A DNA stretch of 64,000 nucleotides from Bacillota bacterium (GTDB lineage: Bacteria > Bacillota > JAAYKD01), in the NCBI GenBank assembly GCA_963666425.2, contig OY762825.2, positions 736,001-800,000 of the forward strand. Direction: 5' to 3'. This document shows positions 18,670-29,336 of the stretch, one piece after another. The position numbers and the translations under genes are program-made. The notes under the pieces were generated by a model, which made no database searches, was not told where the DNA came from, and saw only the letters and a list, made by a program, of their open reading frames with translations. Position 1 is the first letter of the stretch. Each line of letters starts with the position of its first letter.

Positions 18670-21600
18670 GGAGATACTCCTGTAAACTAACGGGTTTCAG
18701 ATGTTCCGTATTCTGCAGATAGCTGAGACAGCGCCAATAAGCGAGCAAAGTATCCAAGGAAGTAAAGTAACGGCAGTCATGCTCCACCGCAGAACGGCGA
18801 ATGATAAAACCATCCCGTTCCGGTAATTTACCTAAAGTAACGGTATTGATGACGAAATCAATCTTACCCTCCGCAATCACATCTAACACCGTCCGCTCTT
18901 TGCCGCCGATCTTCGCTACCTCTTCCACTTTTACACCGGCCTGCTGCAGCGCTTCCGCAGTTTTGCTGGTAGCATATACTTTATAACCCGCCCGCCAAAA
19001 TTGCTTGATCAGCGGGATCGCTTCTTTTTTATCACGGTCGGCTATAGTTGCCAATAAGACTTTTTGCTCGGTAGGTTTCCAGCCGGCTGCCCAGAAAGCG
19101 CGCGCCAAGGCTTCGTCTTTGTTTTGACCCAGACCGATGACTTCGCCTGTGCTTTTCATTTCCGGACCTAAACCAATTTCCACACCGCGCAGTTTCGCCC
19201 AGCTAAAGACCGGCGCTTTGGCTGCATAGAAATCACCGGCAGCCCATAATCCGTCCGGATAACCCTGTGCTTTGATGCTCTCACCCAAAGCAACCCGGGT
19301 AGCAATCTGCACCATAGGCAAATTCGCCACTTTGGAGAGGAAGGGAACGGTTCGGCTGGAGCGGGGATTCACTTCAATGATATATAAGTTTTGTCCCTGC
19401 CGCACGAACTGGACATTGATCAGGCCTTTCACCTGCAGCGCCAAAGCCATTTTTGTGGTGGCTTCGCAAATTTCTTCTACCACCCAGGGATCGATGTGAT
19501 ACCAGGGATAGACTGCGATCGAATCACCGGAATGCACCCCGGCCCGTTCTACATGCTCCATGATTCCGGCAATTAGAACCGTTTCTCCATCGGCAATTGC
19601 ATCGACTTCCAATTCCTGGCCTAAAATATAACGATCAATCAGCACAGGATGGTCGGGAGAGATGCGGACAGCTTCCTGCAGATAACCTTCCAACTCATTG
19701 ACAGAATAGCAGATTTCCATACCGCGGCCGCCCAGCACATAGGAAGGACGGACCAGAACCGGAAAACCGAGTTCCTGCACGGCGTTCTTGGCTTCTGCAA
19801 AAGAGCGTACCGCTTTGCCTGCCGGACGCGCCAAGTGTAAGCTCTCCAGGAGATCATCAAAGCGTTCTCTGTCTTCGGCCAAATCAATCGCATCCAGCTG
19901 CGAACCTAAAATTGGAATGCCGCTTTCATCGATGCAGCGCGCTAAATTGATGGCAGTCTGTCCGCCGAATTGCACCAGAACTCCCTGCGGTTTTTCTTTT
20001 CTCAGGATATCCAGGACTTCTTCTTCCATCAGGGGTTCAAAGTAGAGGCGATCGGAAACATTGAAATCGGTGGAGACGGTTTCCGGGTTATTATTGATCA
20101 TAATGGAGCGATACCCGGCTTTCTCCAGTGCCTGCAAGGCGTGCACGGAACAGTAATCAAATTCGACACCCTGACCGATACGGATCGGACCGGAGCCGAT
20201 TACCACTGCTTTTTTGCCTTCCATCGGCTGCGCTTCATCCTCCTGTTCGAAGGTGGCATAATAATAAGGCGTATCCGATTCAAACTCACCGGCACAGGTA
20301 TCAACCAATTTATAGGTGCGCTCTATTTTCTCGCTGATGCGCCGTTCGTAGACTGCTTTTTCCGTTTGCCGGCTCAGACGAGCCACTTCACTATCGGCAA
20401 AGCCGAGCCGTTTTGCGTCACGCAGCAATTCCTTGCCAAACGGTTCGGATTGCAGACGCTGCTCCATCACCGGGATGCGCTGTAATTGATGCAAAAACCA
20501 GGGATCGATGCGGGTAATTTCGTAAAGCTTCTCCAGTGAGAAACCGCGGCGCAGTGCTTCCATCAGATGAAATAAGCGCAGATCATCGGCATAGGTGATC
20601 TGACGGATCAACTCTTCTTCACTGAGCTGAGCGCTCTCCGCTGTCCAAACCGCGGTGTAACCCTGCTCCAGCGAGCGCACAGCCTTTTGTAATGCTTCCG
20701 GGAAAGTGCGGCCGATGGCCATCACCTCGCCGGTTGATTTCATTTGTGTATTCAGCTGACGGTTGGCCACCCGGAATTTATCGAAAGGAAAACGCGGAAC
20801 TTTCGCCACGATATAGTCGATGGTTGGTTCAAAGCAGGCGCTGGTGCGTCCGGTTACCGGATTCACGATTTCATCCAGGGTATAACCCAAAGCAATCAGG
20901 CTGGCGATGCGGGCAATCGGATAACCGGTCGCTTTGGATGCCAGAGCGGAGGAACGGCTGACTCTGGGGTTTACTTCAATGACATAGTATTGCTGACTGT
21001 AAGGATCCAGGGCAAACTGAACGTTGCAGCCGCCTTCAATCCCCAAATTGCGAATGATGTTGAGGGAAGCGGAACGCATCATCTGATAATCGCTGTCATC
21101 GAGCGTCTGCGTCGGTGCTACCACAATCGAATCTCCGGTGTGGACGCCCAAAGGATCAAAGTTTTCCATGGAGCAGATGGCGATACAATTATCTTTCGCA
21201 TCGCGCATGACTTCAAACTCGATTTCTTTCCAACCTTTCAGAGATTTTTCAATTAAACATTGATTGATGGGACTCAGTCGTAAACCAATGGGCAGCAGTT
21301 CGCAGAGCTCTTCCTCGTTGTAGCAGAAGCCGCCGCCGGTACCTCCCAGGGTAAAGGCAGGCCGCACAATGATGGGATAACCGATTTTTTTAGCAAAGGG
21401 GATGGCACTGGGCAGATCGTTGACCGTGTAGCTTTCCAGTACCGGTTCACCAATGCTTTCCATGGCATCTTTGAATAATTGCCGATCTTCCGAACGTTCG
21501 ATGGCATCCAGCGGTGTTCCCAATAATTCCACATTGTATTGTTTAAAAATACCTTTTTGCCCTAACGACAGCGCCATATTCAGGCCAACCTGGCCACCCA

Positions 21601-21868
21601 GCGTGGGCAGAATTCCATCCGGCCGCTCTTTTTCGATAATTTTCGTAACAATTTCCGGCGAAATCGGCTCCAGATAAGTCTGATACGCCATTTCTTTATC
21701 GGTCATAATGGTGGCTGGATTGGAATTGACCAGAATGACCTGCACCCCTTCTTCACGCAGAACACGGCAGGCCTGGGTACCGGCGTAATCGAACTCCGCC
21801 GCCTGACCGATGATGATCGGACCGGAGCCGATCACCAGGATTTTTTTCAGGTAGGATTTCTTTGGCAT
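18659..21868 (-). CDS. carB: Carbamoyl-phosphate synthase large subunit
   Basis: GSGPIIIGQAAEFDYAGTQAC, duplicated ATP-grasp domains, C-terminal MGS domain. Confidence 0.97.
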   Translation of the reverse strand: MPKKSYLKKILVIGSGPIIIGQAAEFDYAGTQACRVLREEGVQVILVNSNPATIMTDKEMAYQTYLEPISPEIVTKIIEKERPDGILPTLGGQVGLNMALSLGQKGIFKQYNVELLGTPLDAIERSEDRQLFKDAMESIGEPVLESYTVNDLPSAIPFAKKIGYPIIVRPAFTLGGTGGGFCYNEEELCELLPIGLRLSPINQCLIEKSLKGWKEIEFEVMRDAKDNCIAICSMENFDPLGVHTGDSIVVAPTQTLDDSDYQMMRSASLNIIRNLGIEGGCNVQFALDPYSQQYYVIEVNPRVSRSSALASKATGYPIARIASLIALGYTLDEIVNPVTGRTSACFEPTIDYIVAKVPRFPFDKFRVANRQLNTQMKSTGEVMAIGRTFPEALQKAVRSLEQGYTAVWTAESAQLSEEELIRQITYADDLRLFHLMEALRRGFSLEKLYEITRIDPWFLHQLQRIPVMEQRLQSEPFGKELLRDAKRLGFADSEVARLSRQTEKAVYERRISEKIERTYKLVDTCAGEFESDTPYYYATFEQEDEAQPMEGKKAVVIGSGPIRIGQGVEFDYCSVHALQALEKAGYRSIMINNNPETVSTDFNVSDRLYFEPLMEEEVLDILRKEKPQGVLVQFGGQTAINLARCIDESGIPILGSQLDAIDLAEDRERFDDLLESLHLARPAGKAVRSFAEAKNAVQELGFPVLVRPSYVLGGRGMEICYSVNELEGYLQEAVRISPDHPVLIDRYILGQELEVDAIADGETVLIAGIMEHVERAGVHSGDSIAVYPWYHIDPWVVEEICEATTKMALALQVKGLINVQFVRQGQNLYIIEVNPRSSRTVPFLSKVANLPMVQIATRVALGESIKAQGYPDGLWAAGDFYAAKAPVFSWAKLRGVEIGLGPEMKSTGEVIGLGQNKDEALARAFWAAGWKPTEQKVLLATIADRDKKEAIPLIKQFWRAGYKVYATSKTAEALQQAGVKVEEVAKIGGKERTVLDVIAEGKIDFVINTVTLGKLPERDGFIIRRSAVEHDCRYFTSLDTLLAYWRCLSYLQNTEHLKPVSLQEYLHEK

Positions 21869-22942
21869 TTAGCGCCCCTTCTTTCTTTGGAACGTTTTGA
21901 TGAAAGAACCGAAGAGGCTGGATGAATCCAGCGGACCGGGTGACCCCTCCGGATGATACTGAACCGACCAGATCGGCAGTGTCTTATGACGTAAGCCTTC
22001 CACTGTATTATCATTCAGCTGTATATGGGTGACTTCCAATTGCGTATGCTGGACACTGGATAAATCCACGGCATAACCGTGATTCTGCGAAGTCATGCGG
22101 ACTTGTCCGCTCGCTAAATCCTTGACCGGATGATTGCCTCCCCGGTGACCAAACGGCAGCTTATAGGTGGCTGCCCCCATGGCCAGGGCGATGATCTGAT
22201 GACCAAGGCAGATGCCTACAATGGGAATCCGTCCGGCCAAATCCCGGACCAGTGAGATGGCGGCAAGCTGCACTTCGGGAGCACCGGGTCCATTGGAAAG
22301 CAAGACTCCGTCCGGCTGCTCTGCCATGACCAGCGCCGCTGTGGCGTTCGGTGGAAAAACAGTAATATCGCAATCCAGCGCCTGCAATTTACGAATGATA
22401 TTTGACTTGGCGCCAAAATCAATCAATGCCACCCGCGTACCGCTGCCTTTGATGCGGTGGATCTCTTTGCAGGCGACCTGTTTAACATAATCGGGATGCG
22501 CCATGCCTTTCAGCATCGCTAAGGCGTCCTGCTGTGACACGCTGGCCGGTACGATAATCCCCTCCATCACACCGTAGCTGCGCAGCAGGCGCACCAACGC
22601 TCTGGTATCCAATTCGCTGATCACCGTGATCTGCTGCTCGAGCAGGAAATGTTCCAGGCTGCCCTGCATTAAAAAATGATTGGGAAAATCGCAGAGTTCT
22701 CTGACGATCATGCCTTTGCACCAAACATGTTCCGATTCTGCCTTCAGCGGATTGACACCGTAATTGCCCTGCAGGGGATAAGTCATGGTGACCAACTGAC
22801 CTGCATAAGAAGGATCGGTGAGTGTTTCCCAGTAACCGGTCATGCCGGTCGTAAAAACGACTTCACCCATCGCGGCTTGGCAGGCTCCGTGCAGCTTTCC
22901 GTCAAACGAAAGGCCATTGGCTAATATGAGTTTTCCGTCCAT
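21869..22942 (-). CDS. carA: Carbamoyl-phosphate synthase small subunit
   Basis: GEVVFTTGMTGY, LSNGPG, GICLGHQ, QYHPE; start at MDGKL overlapping the pyrC stop. Confidence 0.95.
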   Translation of the reverse strand: MDGKLILANGLSFDGKLHGACQAAMGEVVFTTGMTGYWETLTDPSYAGQLVTMTYPLQGNYGVNPLKAESEHVWCKGMIVRELCDFPNHFLMQGSLEHFLLEQQITVISELDTRALVRLLRSYGVMEGIIVPASVSQQDALAMLKGMAHPDYVKQVACKEIHRIKGSGTRVALIDFGAKSNIIRKLQALDCDITVFPPNATAALVMAEQPDGVLLSNGPGAPEVQLAAISLVRDLAGRIPIVGICLGHQIIALAMGAATYKLPFGHRGGNHPVKDLASGQVRMTSQNHGYAVDLSSVQHTQLEVTHIQLNDNTVEGLRHKTLPIWSVQYHPEGSPGPLDSSSLFGSFIKTFQRKKGR

Positions 22943-24237
22943 TAAACTCCTACTTCCCTTCTGTAGCGAATTTCTCCCTCTACGATGGTGCAAACCGGCC
23001 AGCCTTTTAGCTGCCAGCCGCCGTAAGGTGTGTTTTTACCTTTGGAGACAAACGCTTCCGGTTTGACCGTGCGTATTTCCTGCGGATCAATTATTGTGAT
23101 ATTGGCACGGCTGCTAAGGCTCAGGCGATGGTCCGGCAAGTTGTAAATTGCCGCCGGACCGCTGGTAAAAGCTTTGATCACGGTCTGCAGTGGGATCAGT
23201 CCGGGTGCTACCAAGCGGTCCATGATCAAAGCCACCGCTGTGTCCAAACCGGAAATACCAAAGGCTGCATAGTCGAATTCCATGCGCTTATCATCCAAAT
23301 GATGCGGCGCATGGTCCGTCACAATGGCGGTGATGACGCCGTCTCTGACGCCCTCAATCAAAGCCTGACGGTCTGCCGCGGAGCGCAGCGGCGGATTGAT
23401 TTTTGTATTGCTGTCGTAATCGGACTGTGCTACGATCTCATCGGTTAGAATCAAATGATGCACCGTCACTTCACCGCTGGCTTTGATTCCATCCTCTTTG
23501 GCTTGCCGCAGCAGGCGAACCGAATTCGCTGCGGAGAGATGGCAGAGATGAATCCTGCCGCCCACCAATTTCGCCAGCTGCAAATCCCGGTACGCCATCA
23601 CTTCTTCGGCAGCGGAGGGAATCCCGCGCAATCCCAGACGGGTGGAAACCGCACCGTGATGCATCACACCGCCTTCGGCTAAAACCGGATCCTCCAAGTG
23701 GCTGGCGACCGTTAAGCCAAACATGGCACTATATTCCAGCGCGTTGCGCATCACTTCGGCATTGACCACCGGTTTGCCGTCATCCGAAACGCCAATCGCA
23801 CCGGCAGACTTTAGGTCAGCCATTTCGGTCAGTTCCAGACCCTTTTCCCCTTTGGTAATCGCGGCCAGAGGATAAACACGGGCGCCGCCGGCGATTGCCG
23901 CCTGGCGCAGGATGTATTCCACTACGCTGCGGTTATCACATATGGGGTCGGTGTTCGGCATACAGCAGACAGCCGTAAATCCACCGGCTGCGGCTGCTTT
24001 GCTGCCGCTGGCAATGTCTTCTTTATATTCATAACCGGGTTCCCGCAGATGCACATGAGCATCAATAAATCCCGGCGCCACGATTTTTCCCCGACAATCC
24101 ACGATCTCTGCCCCTGCAGCCGTAATCTCCGGCTGCAGATCGCAAATCAGACCGTCTTCGATCAGAAGATCACAGATTTGATCCAGCTGCTGCATCGGGT
24201 CGATCACACGCCCCCCTTTTAATAAGAGCTTAGTCAT
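22942..24237 (-). CDS. pyrC: Dihydroorotase
   Basis: [32 protein letters not shown]. Confidence 0.95.
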   Translation of the reverse strand: MTKLLLKGGRVIDPMQQLDQICDLLIEDGLICDLQPEITAAGAEIVDCRGKIVAPGFIDAHVHLREPGYEYKEDIASGSKAAAAGGFTAVCCMPNTDPICDNRSVVEYILRQAAIAGGARVYPLAAITKGEKGLELTEMADLKSAGAIGVSDDGKPVVNAEVMRNALEYSAMFGLTVASHLEDPVLAEGGVMHHGAVSTRLGLRGIPSAAEEVMAYRDLQLAKLVGGRIHLCHLSAANSVRLLRQAKEDGIKASGEVTVHHLILTDEIVAQSDYDSNTKINPPLRSAADRQALIEGVRDGVITAIVTDHAPHHLDDKRMEFDYAAFGISGLDTAVALIMDRLVAPGLIPLQTVIKAFTSGPAAIYNLPDHRLSLSSRANITIIDPQEIRTVKPEAFVSKGKNTPYGGWQLKGWPVCTIVEGEIRYRREVGV

Positions 24238-25186
24238 GGCTTTCCCCTCCCACTAAAAGATTCAATAATGCCATCCGCACAGCAACGCCGTTGGTAACCT
24301 GTTCTTCGATGGTCGACTGCATCGAATCTGCTACCGCAGAAGCAATTTCCACACCGCGGTTCATGGGACCCGGATGCATCACCAAGGCATTGAGGTGCGC
24401 CAGACGCAAACGGCGCTCATCCAAACCCCAGTTGGCGTGGTATTCCCGGACACTGGGGAAGAGCCCCTTCTTTTGCCGTTCCAACTGCAGACGCAGCACA
24501 TTGATCACATCGGCATCCTGCAGCGCTTCTTCAATATTGCTGGTCACTTTCACACCCCATTGCGCGGCTTGCACCGGCAGCAGCGTCTGCGGACCACAGA
24601 GCGTGACCTTTGCACCAAACTTCAGCATCGCATAAAGATTGGAGCGCGCCACCCGGCTGTGCGCAATATCACCCAGGAGTACTATCTTCTTGCCTGTCAG
24701 GTCGCCTAGTTTATCCAGCATCGTATAGAGATCCAATAAGCCTTGCGTCGGATGCTCATGCATACCATCACCGGCATTAATCACGCTGCAGTGCAGCTGT
24801 TTTGCCAAAAAATGCGGCGCACCGGAAGCAGCATGACGCATGACTAAAATATCGGTCCCCAGTCTGGCGATGGTGAGAGCGGTATCCAATAAGGTCTCCC
24901 CTTTGACCACGCTGGAGGTGGAAGCCGTGATATTAATTACATCCGCTCCCAGGTACTTTCCCGCTAGTTCAAATGAACTGCGCGTACGGGTAGATGGTTC
25001 AAAAAAAAGATTGACGACGACTTTGCCTCTTAAATCCGTCCTCTTTTTCACCGGCTGCTCGATGAGCCGCTTCATTTTTCTCGCTTCTGCCATGATCAAT
25101 TCCATTTCGCTGCGGGACATGGTTTCTAAACCAAGAACATCTTTACTGTTAAGCTGCAAGAACTGCACACTTCCCTTCTTTGTCAT
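24230..25186 (-). CDS. pyrB: Aspartate carbamoyltransferase
   Basis: [34 protein letters not shown]. Confidence 0.95.
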   Translation of the reverse strand: MTKKGSVQFLQLNSKDVLGLETMSRSEMELIMAEARKMKRLIEQPVKKRTDLRGKVVVNLFFEPSTRTRSSFELAGKYLGADVINITASTSSVVKGETLLDTALTIARLGTDILVMRHAASGAPHFLAKQLHCSVINAGDGMHEHPTQGLLDLYTMLDKLGDLTGKKIVLLGDIAHSRVARSNLYAMLKFGAKVTLCGPQTLLPVQAAQWGVKVTSNIEEALQDADVINVLRLQLERQKKGLFPSVREYHANWGLDERRLRLAHLNALVMHPGPMNRGVEIASAVADSMQSTIEEQVTNGVAVRMALLNLLVGGESHD

Positions 25187-25227
25187 TTTTCCCGATCCGT
25201 CCGGTTTGCTTACCTGAAAAAGGGTAA

Positions 25228-25330
25228 TAAAAAACGTCTACCCCTTGTATAAAAAAGGATAAACGTGTACGTCAACATGATTGGTTACCCCCTCACCTTG
25301 CTCGCCTCACGGGGTCGAACTTAAAGGATA
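25228..25330 (-). promoter_or_regulatory. PyrR-binding attenuator leader with terminator
   Basis: Minus strand CCTTTAAGTTCGACCCCGTGAGGCGAGCAAGG followed by ACGTTTATCC...GGGTAGACGTTTTTT. Confidence 0.8.
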
Positions 25331-25349
25331 TAGCTGGTTACTACCCTGT

Positions 25350-25378
25350 AGTATAAGAGATAGCAAGATACTTGTCAA
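25350..25378 (-). promoter_or_regulatory. SigA promoter of the pyr operon
   Basis: TTGACA-17bp-TATACT on the minus strand. Confidence 0.75.
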
Positions 25379-25731
25379 GCGTAATTTTTATAAAAACAAA
25401 CAGCAACCTTACTGGTTGGCGTAAAGCGCAGACGATTTTTTTGGCAATACAGCAACTGCGGTCAGGTTTTAGGTAGGCATCAACGCATCGAAACGCTGTC
25501 CTGCCGGCAAGTTTTTAAGCTGATTGTCAAGTCAAGGCGGAAAGTCAGTGCTGATTCTGCTGAATCGCATTCCTATGGCAGCCAGAGGAGAGCAGTATCA
25601 TTGTTACAGATTCTGAATAATCCATAAACTTTCCTCTTATGGATTTGATTGAGTCAATGGCTTGTGCTATACTAGATTAAGCTAAGATGATTCCGAGTCC
25701 GGTTGACTCAAAAAAGAAATGAGGAAAGTAA

Positions 25732-26454
25732 ATGCACAAGGTGAGAACAAACAACCCGAATCCAGAAAAGCATCCTTCTTTCCTTCCTATCATACTAACC
25801 ACACTGATGGCAATTTTAGCCACTCCTTTGGCGATGAACGCTTTCGTGATGCTGAGCGTACAGCAACGCATTTTGAATACAGATAAAACCGCTTCTCTGG
25901 CCGCAGACTGCATTTTGATTCTGGGAGCAGGTGTAAAAGCCGACGGAACTCCCAGCGATATGCTGGAGGACCGTTTGCTGCAAGGCATAGCGCTTTATGA
26001 GCTTGGCTCCGCCGAAAAATTACTGGTCAGCGGCGATCATGGTCAGGTCGACTATGATGAGGTAAATACCATGAAACTGTTCGCCATCTCGCATGGAGTA
26101 CCATCCAGCGACATCTTTATGGATCATGCCGGTTTTTCTACCTATGAAAGCTTATACCGAGCGAAAGAGATTTTTCAAGCTGAAAAAATCATCATCGTTA
26201 CCCAGCGCTACCATCTCTACCGCGCTTTATATGTTGCCCGTGCGCTCGGACTGGATGCTTACGGTGTTGCTTCTGATTATCGCAGTTATGCCGGCCAATC
26301 TTACTACAGTGCCAGAGAAATGGCAGCACGTGTCAAGGACTTTTTTCAGGTGATTTTAAAACCGCAGCCCACGATAATGGGTGAGGCGATTCCACTCGAT
26401 GGCGATGGTGATTGCACGAATGATCGCCCCAAAGGGATCTACCAAATCGAATGA
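25732..26454 (+). CDS. SanA/YdcF (DUF218) family protein
   Basis: ILILGAGV...PS.ML.DRL, SGD..DYDEV..M, DHAGFSTYES, VTQRYHLYRA. Confidence 0.9.
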   Translation: MHKVRTNNPNPEKHPSFLPIILTTLMAILATPLAMNAFVMLSVQQRILNTDKTASLAADCILILGAGVKADGTPSDMLEDRLLQGIALYELGSAEKLLVSGDHGQVDYDEVNTMKLFAISHGVPSSDIFMDHAGFSTYESLYRAKEIFQAEKIIIVTQRYHLYRALYVARALGLDAYGVASDYRSYAGQSYYSAREMAARVKDFFQVILKPQPTIMGEAIPLDGDGDCTNDRPKGIYQIE

Positions 26455-26794
26455 TGGCAGAAAAGAAGCAAATTCATTGAAAAACCGAATTTAAAACATA
26501 CAAAAAATAGGGAAATCATCAAAAAACCATTGCAATTTGGGAATATTTGTTGCAATGGTTTTTCTATTTCCAGCTACTTTTTGTATGTTTTAATTATTAT
26601 TTCTATGATCACTTTTATTTATGCCGCTTACAGTCCATCATAAAGAGTGAATTTTCATAAAATTGGCTCTGCCATTTTGTGAAATTCGGGCAATTGGACT
26701 TGATATCAAGAAATTTTTCACAAACAAGGGTGCCTTTGCAAAAAAATAGAAATAAATAGTAATACAGTAAAAAAGTATCGATTTTTTCGACAAT

Positions 26795-26823
26795 TTGACT
26801 TGTTTCCTCAGAAAGATTATACT
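26795..26823 (+). promoter_or_regulatory. Putative SigA promoter of hydCBA
   Basis: TTGACT-17bp-TATACT. Confidence 0.6.
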
Positions 26824-26904
26824 TTATCTAGAAGTCTCTGGGAAAAATAGCTCCCGAGCTGACAATTTATTATGAATTACAATCGAAGGGGAGGGATTTC
26901 ACCT

Positions 26905-27402
26905 ATGGCGTGCAATTGCATGCAAAGCAAATTCACCGAATTGGATCAGTATATCGATACATTATCGATATCCAATAAAGGATCTGCTTTGATTCCTGTT
27001 CTGCATCACGCGCAATCGCTTTTTGGTTATCTGCCGCAAGATGTTCAATCTCATATTGCTGAACGTTTGGATATTTCCACAGCGAAGGTATATGGAGTCG
27101 TCAGTTTCTACACCTTCTTTACCATGGTCCCCCGCGGTCAAAGCAACATTAATGTTTGCCTGGGTACCGCTTGTTTCGTAGGTGGTGCAGAAGCGGTTCT
27201 AAAAGAATTTGAAAATCAACTTCATATCAAAAGCGGAGAAACGACACCCGATTTTAAATTTTCCATCACACCGGTGCGCTGCGTCGGCGCCTGCAGTTTA
27301 GCCCCTGTCGTCATGATCAATAACAAAGTCTACGGCCATGTCAAACCCGAGGACGTCGCTCAAATTATCAGCGAATACAGCCAATCCGAAGGAGGTGTAT
27401 AA
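26905..27402 (+). CDS. hydC: [FeFe]-hydrogenase NuoE-like [2Fe-2S] subunit
   Basis: LIPVLH.AQ..FGYLP, CLGTAC, RCVGACSLAP. Confidence 0.9.
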   Translation: MACNCMQSKFTELDQYIDTLSISNKGSALIPVLHHAQSLFGYLPQDVQSHIAERLDISTAKVYGVVSFYTFFTMVPRGQSNINVCLGTACFVGGAEAVLKEFENQLHIKSGETTPDFKFSITPVRCVGACSLAPVVMINNKVYGHVKPEDVAQIISEYSQSEGGV

Positions 27403-27404
27403 GA

Positions 27405-29321
27405 ATGCAACCGATCACTTCTTATGCACAGTTGCTCGCTCTCTATGAACAGGAAACAGCCAAGACGAATCTTCGCTTACGGAAAGAGAATCTCGCACCT
27501 GATTTTATTCAGCTGCCCGAAGGCTGCCAACCGAACAGCGGTGAAATCCATGTCATGGTTTGCGCCGATACCGGCTGTGCGGCTTCCAACTCACTCGGCA
27601 TAGCCGACAAATTCGAGGCTGCCGTCGTAAAATATGGTTTAACTGATCAAGTGAAAATTATTCGGACCGGCTGCTTTGGACTTTGCTCGCAAGGTCCTGT
27701 GGTTGTGGTACATCCGGAACGCATCATGTACACGAAAATCACACCGGACAATGTAGAAGAAATTGTTACTTCTCATCTGCGCGATGGCCATTATGTAGAA
27801 CATCTATTGTTAGGTGCCCAGGAAGGGAACGCCATTACCAACTACGATGACGCTGTTTTCTTCAAGAAACAAGTCCGCATCGCCACCCGTAACTGCGGCG
27901 TGATCAATCCTGCCAGTCTGGAAGAATACATCTCTCAAAAAGGTTATTTGGCTTTGGGAAAATGCATTACCTCAATGACACCGCAGGATGTTATCGAAAC
28001 GATAAAAAAATCCGGTTTGCGTGGCCGCGGCGGCGCTGGCTTCCCCACCGGTAATAAATGGGCTTTTACTGCCGTGGAAAAAGAACCACAAAAATATGTC
28101 TGCTGCAACGCGGACGAAGGTGATCCGGGTGCGTTTATGGACCGCTCTGTCCTGGAAGGCGATCCGCACAGTATCCTGGAAGCCATGGCCATCGCCGGTT
28201 ATGCCATCGGCGCCAACCAAGGTTTCATTTATATCCGCGCCGAATACCCCAGCGCGATCCGCCGTTTGGTTTTTTCGATCGAAAAGGCCAAAGAAGCCGG
28301 TTTACTCGGTCAGCATATTATGGGCAGCGATTTCTCATTTGAGATTGAATTGCGCTTAGGTGCCGGTGCTTTTGTCTGCGGAGAAGAAACAGCTTTGATT
28401 GCTTCGGTAGAAGGAAACCGCGGAGAACCGCGCAACAAGCCACCTTATCCTGCCAATAAAGGTATTTATGGTAAACCGACCGTGATCAACAACGTTGAAA
28501 CATTTGCCAATATCTGCCCCATTATCAACAATGGTCCGGATTGGTTCAGAACCATCGGAACCGAAAAATGCGCCGGCACGAAAGTGTTCGCTTTGGCTGG
28601 GAAAGTCAATAATGTCGGTTTGATCGAAGTTCCTATGGGCACGACCTTACGTGAAATCATTTATGAAATCGGCGGCGGCATCGTCGACAACAAAGCCTTA
28701 AAAGCAGTACAGACCGGCGGTCCTTCCGGCGGCTGCATTCCTGTACAGCACTTGGACACGCCGATTGATTACGAATCTTTGCAAAAGATCGGCACCATGA
28801 TGGGTTCCGGCGGTATGATTGTTTTGGATGAAACCGCTTGTATGGTCAACATCGCCAAATTCTATCTCGGTTTTACCGTGGAAGAATCCTGCGGCAAGTG
28901 CACGCCCTGCCGTTTTGGCAATAAGTATTTACTGGAAATCCTGCAGCGAATCACCCATGGCGAAGGTACCATGGCAGACTTGGATAAGTTGGAATCGCTG
29001 GGCAACATCATTAAAGAAGCTTCTCTCTGCGGTTTGGGTCAGTCTTCTCCCAATCCGGTATTGAGCACTCTGCATTATTTCCGTGACGAGTATATCGCGC
29101 ATATTCAGGAAAAGCGCTGTCCGGCCGGTGTCTGCGCAGCTCTGCTGCATTACGAAGTACAGCCGGAACTCTGCATTGGCTGTACCCTTTGCGCAAAGAA
29201 TTGCCCCGCCAACTGCATCAGCGGCGCCGTTCGCCAACCTCATGTCATTGATCAAAGCAAGTGCTTAAAATGCGGTATCTGCGCCAGCAAATGCCCCAAG
29301 AAAGCCATCATAAAGAAATAG
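27405..29321 (+). CDS. hydB: [FeFe]-hydrogenase NuoF-like NADH/FMN subunit
   Basis: GLRGRGGAGFPTG, CNADEGDPGAFMDRS, GAGAFVCGEETAL, GGPSGG, SCGKCTPCR, C-terminal 2[4Fe-4S]. Confidence 0.92.
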   Translation: MQPITSYAQLLALYEQETAKTNLRLRKENLAPDFIQLPEGCQPNSGEIHVMVCADTGCAASNSLGIADKFEAAVVKYGLTDQVKIIRTGCFGLCSQGPVVVVHPERIMYTKITPDNVEEIVTSHLRDGHYVEHLLLGAQEGNAITNYDDAVFFKKQVRIATRNCGVINPASLEEYISQKGYLALGKCITSMTPQDVIETIKKSGLRGRGGAGFPTGNKWAFTAVEKEPQKYVCCNADEGDPGAFMDRSVLEGDPHSILEAMAIAGYAIGANQGFIYIRAEYPSAIRRLVFSIEKAKEAGLLGQHIMGSDFSFEIELRLGAGAFVCGEETALIASVEGNRGEPRNKPPYPANKGIYGKPTVINNVETFANICPIINNGPDWFRTIGTEKCAGTKVFALAGKVNNVGLIEVPMGTTLREIIYEIGGGIVDNKALKAVQTGGPSGGCIPVQHLDTPIDYESLQKIGTMMGSGGMIVLDETACMVNIAKFYLGFTVEESCGKCTPCRFGNKYLLEILQRITHGEGTMADLDKLESLGNIIKEASLCGLGQSSPNPVLSTLHYFRDEYIAHIQEKRCPAGVCAALLHYEVQPELCIGCTLCAKNCPANCISGAVRQPHVIDQSKCLKCGICASKCPKKAIIKK

Positions 29322-29336
29322 GAGGAGATCGATCAT

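Noticed and set aside
25500-25600. Possible c-di-GMP-like motif (CTATGGCAGCCAG) upstream of the sanA-like gene
   Set aside because: Only a short 3' resemblance; pairing could not be established by eye. An Infernal/Rfam scan would settle it.
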